From Balanoglossus misakiensis (Eukaryota > Animalia > Hemichordata), in the NCBI GenBank assembly GCA_040954595.2, contig CM082592.2, positions 4,852,735 to 4,916,734 of the forward strand: 64,000 nucleotides of DNA. The letters are read 5' to 3'. Made by a program: the position numbers and the translations under genes. Under the pieces are notes generated by a model. The model saw nothing but the letters and a program-made list of their open reading frames with translations. It was not told the DNA's origin and made no database searches. The first letter of the stretch is position 1, and each line of letters starts with the position of its first letter. Shown one piece after another: positions 55,042 through 64,000 of this stretch.

Positions 55042-55073
55042 TATATAAAAGGCGCGGGTTCGAAACCGACAGT
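55042..55073 (+). promoter_or_regulatory. Putative TATA box and initiator for the HEPN-like gene
   Basis: TATATAAAAGG followed about 27 nt later by ACAGT; about 470 nt upstream of the ATG. Confidence 0.45.
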
Positions 55074-55521
55074 GTTCGTGGAAAAAAAAAGACGACAATT
55101 TTCCCCTGAGTCGAATTGAACCCGTCTCCACGGGACAGTCTTAACGGCCAGTGTTGCCAACCGGAGAAGTGTACCCTGCCGCACGCTCGGTCGTCCTGTG
55201 ATACGTAAAATTGCGTGGAACTGTCGATGAAGGCCCAACCCAAAGTTGGTATGCATGTGACCACCATTGGACCTGCGAGTTTTTGGTATACTGTCTGACC
55301 TGCAGCTGCCACTGGTAAAGGTCTGAACTTTGAACTGCAGCTTCAAAATATCACTCACTTACGCTCAGGGGAGCGGTGACGAACATGACCTAGATGTCCC
55401 TAGTTTTGTAGCTATTCAAAACAGTAATAAGCGATCAAAGGTGGGATTTCTGAAGTCTTTTGGCAATTTACAACTTGGAAACGGATGAACGTATAAAACG
55501 TATAGAAAAATAGACTCAAAA

Positions 55522-55920
55522 ATGGGACAGTCAAAATCTTCGCAGTATGTCTCCAAAGGTCTAACCAAAACAGAAAATGACTTCGAGTTAGTCATTCGCA
55601 CCTCAAAGGAGCTGGAGCATCTCCTTGACAACTATCTGGCAGCGCAGGGCAAGGGCCTGCACGAGAAGACCAACAGCGTTCAGGGTGAGATCACGCCGTA
55701 TCTGGCGAGAAAGTTACACTACATCGCCACCATACGGAACAAGCTGGTCCACGAGCGCGACTACAACAAAATCGACAGGGGCAACTACATCAGAGCGTTT
55801 GAAGAAGCGCAACGACAGCTCGCCGAGACAATTGAACAATCTCACAGAGGAGGTGGAGACGTCGACGTCGAGATTGGCGGCCATAGACGGAGAACGAGGA
55901 CTCGATGCGTGATCCAATAA
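55522..55920 (+). CDS. Small DUF4145/HEPN-like protein with RxxxxH motif, N-myristoylation signal and CaaX box (132 aa, single coding exon)
   Basis: AAAATGG start context and coding-like composition. ELEHLL helix, GKGLHEK, IATIRNKLVHE (R72..H77), MGQSKS N-terminus, RRRTRTRCVIQ C-terminus. Confidence 0.8.
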   Translation: MGQSKSSQYVSKGLTKTENDFELVIRTSKELEHLLDNYLAAQGKGLHEKTNSVQGEITPYLARKLHYIATIRNKLVHERDYNKIDRGNYIRAFEEAQRQLAETIEQSHRGGGDVDVEIGGHRRRTRTRCVIQ

Positions 55921-56586
55921 AAAAAACTAAAAGCAAAGCGCATCGCTGCTCAGCTGAGTAGTCGGTTCATGTGTAGGCCTATGGATATTACAAATAACAG
56001 TACTAATCTGGAAGAGATTAATCGTTTGTTTTTTAATCTTATTGTCGCCATTTTGCTTATGAAAATCCATCGATACTATTCTGCGCACTGACGCACGGTG
56101 GATGAGATAGTTGGACATCAAAGAAGTATTATACTTTGTCCAATGACGCATCCATATGATGCGTTTTTATTTCGAGTTTTATTTCCAAGGAAAGGAGCAG
56201 GGCGGAGACTCCTAGTTTTGTTTGTTGCACGAGAATTTATCACGTTTTGGCGTTTTTATGTAGTTTTAGAAAATATTGATGAATAAACTTAACGGGAAAA
56301 AAAAGATTTCCGACAGATTTTTTTCGGCTGGTTTGTTATATGAAAAGAAATGCTTGTTGGCTTAACATTGATCCTTCTAGTAAATTGTGTGAAAAGACGC
56401 GGTTACCCAGAAAATTTTAAAACCAGTCCGAATCTTATACCCGGGCCGCATAGTAAGTCCCCCCGGTTGTGCACAATATCTCCAATGAAGCTGGGATGTG
56501 ATTTCTGACATACATGCTGTGTTGTTTGAAGATACTGGTTGTTGAGCTGTTCCCATTCTAAAAATGGTTGCATGAAACTTTCTAGC

Positions 56587-57391
56587 GCAGTTTCATGCAT
56601 AGCCGTGGTTCTTACCGAAAAATCGTGGTTCTTACGTTATACAGCATACAAAGTCAAACATTTTCAAGGTTCTAGCTTACAAAGTCTTAATTTTAGTCGA
56701 TGCGATGATAATTTCTCATTAAAAATTAACAATTACCGCTCTAAAGCTCTCTCATATCATCAAGGTTCTTAGATAGGCAGTTTCATGCATAGCCGTGGTT
56801 CTTACCGAAAAATCGTGGTTCTTACCGAAAAATCGTGGTTCTCACCGAAAAATCGTGGTTCTTACGTTATACAGCATACAAAGTCAAAAATTTTCAAGGT
56901 TCTAGCTTACAAAATCTTAATTTTATTCTATGCGATGATAATTTCTCATTAAAAATTAACAATTGCCGCTCTAAAGCTCTCTCATATCATCAAGGTTCTT
57001 AGATAGGCAGTTTCATGCATAGCCGTGGTTCTTACCGAAAAATCGTGGTTCTTATACGTTATACAGCATACAAAGTCAAAAATGTTCAAGGTTCTAGCTT
57101 ACAAAATCTTAATTTTAGTCTATGCAATGATAATTTCTCATTAAAAATTAACAATTACCGCTCTATAGCTCTCTCATATCATCAAGGTTCTTAGATAGGC
57201 AGTTTCATGCATAGCCGTGGTTCTTACCGAAAAATCGTGGTTCTTACGTTATACAGCATACAAAGTCAAAAATTTTCAAGGTTCTAGCTTACAAAATCTT
57301 AATTTTAGTCTATGCAATGATAATTTCTCATTAAAAATTAACAATTACCGCTCTATAGCTCTCTCATATCATCAAGGTTCTTAGATAGGCA
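56587..57391. repeat. Tandem array of four about 190-bp units with a variable 20-bp internal subrepeat
   Basis: Units start at 56587, 56777, 57007 and 57199 (190, 230, 192, 190 bp); subrepeat cgtggttcttaccgaaaaat. Confidence 0.95.
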
Positions 57392-59101
57392 TGTCTGTCG
57401 GAACCTATGCATGGTGCATGCACTCATTGCACTGTACATGTATATTGTTTCACACTATACCGGCTCCCTCTGCATCCAGTTCCCGACCGCCATGTGCAAA
57501 CGGTATCAACATACAGATGTGGTTGTTTTGCGATTATGCGGGCGCGCAACGAATATCATGTGAACTCGACGCTTATCTGTTTAATGGATGATGTCGTTAT
57601 CTTGTCACCGATCAACAGCGATCAATAATGCCCCCCACCTTATCACGAACTGTGAGTGAGCTAAGCCCGGGGGAAAAAGCAGTGCCACGGTCCGAACTGG
57701 TACGAAACTGACCAGTCCAGTGGTCCAGCTATACGGACTCATCATCCCGGAGCCAGAGAACCAGCTGCTATAGGCCTAGGCTACGTATGAGATAATGAGT
57801 CGGACAGTTGGCATAGACACTCAGTTCTGCTTCTAATAAGTCGTAAGAAGAGCTTTCAAAAAAGTAAGTACGCCAGAATTTAAAGGTAAGCTATTACCAG
57901 CAGTGACGATTGAACAAGTCATGTATTTTCAACCACCTGTTGAGTCAAGCCGCGCTGTGAGAGTGCGTTCACACACACGTTATCGTGGCGGTAGGTGACT
58001 TGTATGTACTATCTCCATGCTGTGCTTTTCCGCACTATAAATACACAAGAGCTCAGTATGGACAAACACGAAAACAGCCTCTGTTTTCTAATATGAAACC
58101 AGCGAGCCTACGGTCATGAACTAAAAATACCTCTGAAAATATTACAGACCGTAAAAATAAAAGAGTGGTGTTCATACAATTCGCAGAAAGATATACCATC
58201 AAAGCTATACACAATGGGCGTTGTTTCTGCACTGGATATCAAATTACATTCGCGCAACACATTAATTTCCGCTGGCATTGGACGGTTTCTGTAAAGCTGT
58301 TGCGGCTTATTTGAATTCACGGATTTGGCGACGCACCATTAACGTTTAGTGCCAATTTTGAGAAGGGGATTTGTGGCTGCGTGGTTTCGTGTGCGGACTT
58401 GCTTGCTATACGGGAAAGGGCACGGTAGGTCCCAGTTTCGAATCCCCTAAGAAACAAGGTGATCGCGTTTCTAGACTACTGTGGGTTACAAATAATTCGT
58501 TGGATTTATCAACCAGCTAAAATAAAAAGCAATGACCTTGAAACCCGGCCAAAATAATGAGTGCCCTTTCCAATGATGTGTCAAAAGCCGAAAGCCGGCT
58601 GATGTCTCATTTGTGTGAGTGTATACTCATTATCGAAACGGACCATCGATAGTAACAAGCGCTGACTGCATGTAAAACGAAGACCCACACATGCGTTCAC
58701 TATTTTGGTATGAGATATTTATTACAATTTAAATTTGACAAGCTGCCACCACGCGTGCTATTGGTTTCGTGTCACTCGTTTCTGGAGAATAACTGTGAGA
58801 GATCAAGAAAAGACTTGGTTTTTTTTACCAGTGCTCACTGTTTACTAAAGTATTTATGAAATATATTTGACGGTCATCGCACTTATCAATCCCGATAAAA
58901 GTTAACAAAAACGGTGGATAGCGGCAAGGTAAGCATTACGGAGCCGACAATATATTTTTTTTTCGCAGAACTACCACATGTTAGAGAGAAGGAAGTGTCG
59001 GTTGTCAGGTTGACGATAAAAAGCACCGAAGCTCTTGTTCTCATCTTATTCTTGCAGATAACTGGGGACTGTTGATCCAGTCGCGGTCGTCATTTCTTGG
59101 G

Positions 59102-59521
59102 ATGGCGAAATCTCTGTTTGATAAACTGTCTTGGAGGCCGAGCGAGAGTATCGAGAACTACGCCTTCCTGGCGCGCAAAATGCGCCTGGCAATCGAGCAA
59201 CAGATAGACGCTGACTTCAAACTAACCAGGGGAAACATCTTCGACAAGATACAGACTCTGGAAAACAACAACTTCTCGCCGGAGTTGCTGCACAAAATAC
59301 AATTCATCGCCAGGAGTGACGAAAATCTCGGGAACGGCGAGATTCAAGTGGACGACAGTACTTTGAACAGTCAGGAATTAATCAGGAATTTCGAGGATGC
59401 GAGTAGAGAACTCGCTGAACTCAGAGGGAGTCACCAAACTAACAATTTGACGCGAATTATTCTAAGTGTGCTGTTCTACGACGTCATCCTGTTTTGTTTC
59501 AATTGTTTATTCGCCAGATAA
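59102..59521 (+). CDS. Divergent paralog of the 55522 protein: putative inactive HEPN-like protein with C-terminal hydrophobic tail (139 aa)
   Basis: ATG at 59102 after a strong acceptor at 59057. Aligns by eye to the 55522 protein (PELLHKIQFIA vs PYLARKLHYIA; IRNFEDASRELAE vs IRAFEEAQRQLAE). RxxxxH is replaced by DENLGN. Confidence 0.7.
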   Translation: MAKSLFDKLSWRPSESIENYAFLARKMRLAIEQQIDADFKLTRGNIFDKIQTLENNNFSPELLHKIQFIARSDENLGNGEIQVDDSTLNSQELIRNFEDASRELAELRGSHQTNNLTRIILSVLFYDVILFCFNCLFAR

Positions 59522-60440
59522 ACTTGCCTGAATATTGCTGGAATTACATTTATAAGTACATGTAATAGCATTATTGAAATTTTAACAGTTCTCAGAAAAA
59601 TTCAATATTCTATTGTTAAAATGTAATTATTTAATAAATGTGCAATTTATTATGATTTAAAGGGACTAAGTGCGAACGTTTATTTTAGTTAGTTCTCTTT
59701 CTTTTGACGGGCTATTTATGTTATTCTGCTCACTGAAACATGCTAAATGACCACATCATTTCATATCCAGTGTCGCTGACTTTACGTGTGCACGCATCTT
59801 CTTTCCTTGTCTCAGTGCAGTCGAGTCGGGACAGTACCTTGGGACCCGACAGCACAACCTCACACAAAGTAGGGCGCCATCTACGGCACAGATCGCTCTT
59901 ACATAACCCTTGACCTGACGATGACCTTTGAACGTAGACTGGATCCTGGACGACGAGTGACTGTGGCACCGGGTTTGGAAGGCGAAGTAAGTGTTAACGC
60001 TTGACAAGGAGAGAATTATTTATGTACAAATATTATCAAGGCGAAAGCATGTCCTCCGACCCACGAATTTACTCAAACACACATTCAAATTTACTATGGC
60101 ATGTCTGAAGCCGGCGAAAAGTCGGGGCCGCTGAACTGTGTGTGGCACTTTTTGACGTCGTCAGTTCGTGGTTACGTCACATTCCGACGCTGTAGCTTGC
60201 GTAACACCAGCAAATTTCATCTCCACAAACTGACGACGTCATACGTACACATAGACTAGTGTACTGCTCTTACTGTACTGTGTTCATGATGAAAACTTTT
60301 ACTGTTTATTACACTAGCATATGTCCATGAAATGTCCATGAAATGTGTAAGGTGACCACTTTCAGTCACCATTAAATATGTGTATGTGTTACAGATAATT
60401 TGGAAGCATTGGTCTACTACTGTGGAGAATTTACACCTTG

Positions 60441-61220
60441 ATGGCAGCTGTCAATATAAGACCAGCAATTAAGACGTTATTTCATCGTTCACAAAATGTC
60501 TCCTGCTGTCGGCATTTGGCCTTTGTGCCGGCGAGCGACCCAGTCCAGCCTCACCAGATAGAACAGCTTCAGGACATGCTGAACTCATCCAGGAACTTGC
60601 TGGTGATAACAGGTGCCGGAATATCGACGGAATCCGGCATTCCCGATTACAGATCGGAAGAGGTCGGTCTGTACGCCCGGAGCGACAGCAGACCCATCCA
60701 GTACGCGGAGTTCCTCAAGTATCACGAGAGGCGCAAGCGCTACTGGGCCAGGAACTACATCGGCTGGCCGAGGTTCAGTTCCTTCCAGCCCAACGTCGCG
60801 CACAAGACCCTGGCCGCCTGGGAGAAGCAGAACAGAGTGCTGTGGCTGATCACCCAGAACGTAGACGCCCTGCACGCCAAAGCCGGCACGAGAAACCAGA
60901 CCGAGCTCCACGGGTGTTCGCACCGCGTGGTGTGCCTGGGCTGCAAGACGATCTCCCAGCGCACGGAGCTACAGGAACGAATCCTGGAGTTGAACCCTCT
61001 GTTTGAAGCCGATTCTGTCAGCATCGCTCCAGACGGAGACGTCCTGCTGGACGACGAACAGATCGAGGACTTTCGAGTTCCCGATTGCCTAAAATGTGGT
61101 GGGATTCTCAAACCGGACGTGATATTCTTCGGAGATAACGTTCCGAGACCCATTGTCCATTTTCTGTACAAGAAAGTGGACGTGTGCGATGCAGTCTTAG
61201 TGGTAGGATCGTCCCTAAAT
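60441..61220 (+). CDS. SIRT4: SIRT4 coding exon 1
   Basis: ATG at 60441, GTAAGT donor at 61221. Confidence 0.95.
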
Positions 61221-61515
61221 GTAAGTTATCATACATTGCAACATTTCCTCAAATACTGTGGCCTGCATCCCTGTTGAAACCAAAAGAACAGTCGATAACT
61301 AAAGCGTCTCTGTTTTATTTCAGGTTTACTCAGGTTACAGATTTATCACGCGTGCGCATCAGCAGAAGAAACCTATCGCCATTGTGAACATCGGGGAAAC
61401 CAGGGCCGATAAGCTGGCTTCTCTCAAAATCTCAGCCAAACTTGGAGATATTCTACCAAAGTTAGAAATAAAACCATCTGTGAGGCAGGAGGCTACTCAT
61501 GAATTCATGATATGA
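60441..61515 (+). CDS. SIRT4: NAD-dependent sirtuin-4, mitochondrial (2 coding exons, about 323 aa)
   Basis: Exons 60441-61220 and 61324-61515. GAGISTESGIPDYRS, RYWARNYIGWP, TQNVDALH, HG, two CxxC Zn pairs, APDGDV SIRT4 loop, LKPDVIFFG, GSSL/VYSGYRF, basic N-terminal targeting-like peptide. Confidence 0.96.
61324..61515 (+). CDS. SIRT4: SIRT4 coding exon 2 (VYSGYRF...NIGETRAD)
   Basis: Pyrimidine tract plus CAG at 61323; TGA at 61513-61515. Confidence 0.94.
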   Translation, partial: VYSGYRFITRAHQQKKPIAIVNIGETRADKLASLKISAKLGDILPKLEIKPSVRQEATHEFMI

Positions 61516-64000
61516 TCTAAGCCTCCTACCTTTTGAATACACATAGTTTTTGTGTGAGTTTGTCTTGACAGTAAAGGTTTCCACAAAATGAATACACAAA
61601 TTTCCATTCAAATGGGGAAGCCCACAACACAAGCTATGTTTATTGGAAGCTTACATTCAGTCAAGAATGTACATAACTCTAAACAAACAAGATTCAATAT
61701 TAATTTTTGTACATATTTTGCGATCGAAAAACATGACCACAATGGAACGTGCATAATAGTAAAATCACTAAGTTTTCTGTACTTCGAAGTAACACCAAGT
61801 TGACAAACCCAAAAGTTTCCAGGACGAAAAGTCGAATAAACAGCAATGTTATAACAAAGAGAGACAGGACCTACAAGCTGGGACGAACCTGGGTAATAGT
61901 GAAAACGGTTACATTCGCTATGTAATTTGCCTTCACTCAAAACAGACCGTAAATTTGTCCGTAAAAACAAAGCTTGGCTTACTCTACAAGACCAATGCAT
62001 AAATTATGCACATCACATAAAAGTGCGACTTCGGTACATCAATCAAACTGACGTAACACACGAATTCAAAGTGCAAAACATCACATCAGTTAGTGAAAAA
62101 CAACCAAGCATTAATTTAACACATACGCTTCACACAAAAACAAAACAGCCCAGCTACAAATTGCTGATTTGAGTTCCATGCTTAATTCCCACTGACTGAA
62201 AATATACAATTGCAGAATTTACTTAATTAAAATATAAATACATGTATACAAACTATATGACTTGAAAGGTGATTCTGAAAATAGCAGTTTTGATTTGCCA
62301 AAAAAAATTATCCTTAATTTTAAAATATAGAATTATTTAGAATGTCTTGAAGATTTTATAAAAGAAGACCTAATTTTTTTGACATAAATAGTTGCAATTC
62401 TTCCTGACAATTGAAGCAGATTGTCGTTGTTTCATGCTGTGATCAGACCTGAGTTTGTGTTTTGGAATCAGCATTCTTTTCCTAATGATAATTCTGGCTA
62501 CTTTCAAATAATCTTTTTTTTCTCACTGTGACTATGTAGTCCCTTGAAACATAACTGAAGCAACTGATCAGGAACACTAATTCCACAAATGGTTAGAAAT
62601 GGACCAGTAGGACTAAAAATAATGTATTTTTTCCAGAATTCTTTCTAAGTATAGCAACAAGATGAAATGTCCACTTTCTAATCTATCAACACAGCCATCA
62701 CTTTTTTTAAATCTTGACTGTAGGACCCAAATTCAATGACTAACAAAAATGTTGCGCCATTACTCCTAAACAGACTGTGTTGCCAAGCTTCACCGTTGCT
62801 ACACAGAGCAAAAATACTCCAAAATACCATCAAAAATTACCCGGTACTGTCTCCTAAAGTCAAGGTTTCTTCATAAGGCGACAAGCAGACAAAGCATAAA
62901 GGACGCACAACCCCTTTCCTTAACTTTGACAAGAATGTGGCTTAAAATTCCTTAATTCAAGCGCTGATTGGAAAATATCCCTAATAAATAAGGCATTTTG
63001 GTAAATTTAAGCTTGGAAGTTATAAAATTTTAAGTTACAAGCAAGGAAAAGACAGACCTGATATTCTAACACTGTACTTCAAACAGTTTCTTGGAGCTAC
63101 ATGTAATTAACTTATATATAATATATCTACTTATATACTAGTATGCAAATAATGTAAATATAAAATTAAACCCTTTAAACTTTCTAAACAAAAGTTGTCC
63201 AATAATTCCAAAAAATGAATTCTTTTCATAAACAATTATTCTAATCTATAGTACAATTGCATATTTTAAATCAAAATTGTGACCTCAAGTTATTTTACAT
63301 ATGTTAAAAGATAAACTTCCATAAAACTTTACACAAGAAATATTTTGATTTCAGAAAGAGAAATGGCACTTCATTGATATGTTAATAAAATGAAATAAAA
63401 TGGATACTCAGTACATGAAAAGTACAAATGATCAATTATGAAAACTGTACGATCTGCTGTTGTTTACAGAATATGGTGATGAGTTCTGATGACTTGCTTC
63501 TAAGAACTGTTACTTGTGACCACAATTAGTTCTACCACATTTTGATACAAAATGAACTGGTTCTTAATAAATTAATAAAATCTACAGAAAACTATCAAAT
63601 GCACTAAAATTTGGCAGGGGGTCAACAAACAATGTTAAGAGTAACTATTTCACCACTTTATTTCTATTTTAAAGGTACTTTAACCTAATAAACTAACTAA
63701 TTAACCAAAACAACCAGCCACTGTCACTTTCATTGAGTCAACTAGGACGCCACAGGATTAGGACATTGTCAACAGCATAATTCTTAACTTTTGGCTATTG
63801 AGAGCAGTGATTTCCCCACCTTTAGAACGGATTAGGCACAACAAGGTATTACAACTCTTATCCTCCCCAACTTTAAACTAAAGTTGTTCGCAAAATAAAT
63901 TCCTAATTCAATGTGAAGTAATATAAACATTGCAAATAGCTAATTGGCCAATATTGGATTAATTTATATTTGAGAAAGAAGTAAACCACATATTCTTAAT

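Noticed and set aside
56587-57391. Possible CRISPR-like array
   Set aside because: Intervening sequences are near-identical, units are about 190 bp, the context is eukaryotic and there are no cas genes.
60585-61171. Antisense and alternate-frame ORFs over SIRT4
   Set aside because: Shadows of GC-rich codon usage in the real exon.
50051-61515. Functional clustering of the B12 carrier with SIRT4 (branched-chain amino acid metabolism)
   Set aside because: Adjacency alone is not evidence in an animal genome, and no shared regulation is visible.
61600-64000. AT-rich tail, possibly the 3' UTR of SIRT4 or of a convergent gene
   Set aside because: No coding exon or definable boundaries within the window.

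Overview
Animal genomic DNA: AT-rich, with spliceosomal introns and many MITEs. Gene content and repeat style suggest a marine invertebrate, possibly a deuterostome, but that is inference. Five protein-coding genes can be built from splice signals. (1) A 19-exon minus-strand RASAL1/RASA4-type Ca2+-regulated RasGAP (C2-C2-RasGAP-PH-BTK, about 830 aa, 448..47876), with four additional candidate frame-preserving small cassette exons (27, 33, 33 and 36 nt). (2) Head-to-head with it, an 8-exon secreted transcobalamin/intrinsic-factor-family cobalamin-binding protein (50051..54332, about 454 aa). (3) An intronless 132-aa DUF4145/HEPN-like protein with an intact RxxxxH motif, an N-myristoylation signal and a polybasic CaaX box (55522..55920). 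(4) A divergent tandem paralog that has lost the catalytic R/H and ends in a hydrophobic tail (59102..59521). (5) SIRT4 (60441..61515). The most interesting signal is the putative active plus pseudo-HEPN pair, both apparently membrane-targeted and separated by a 190-bp tandem array. Family assignments come from recalled motifs, not database searches.
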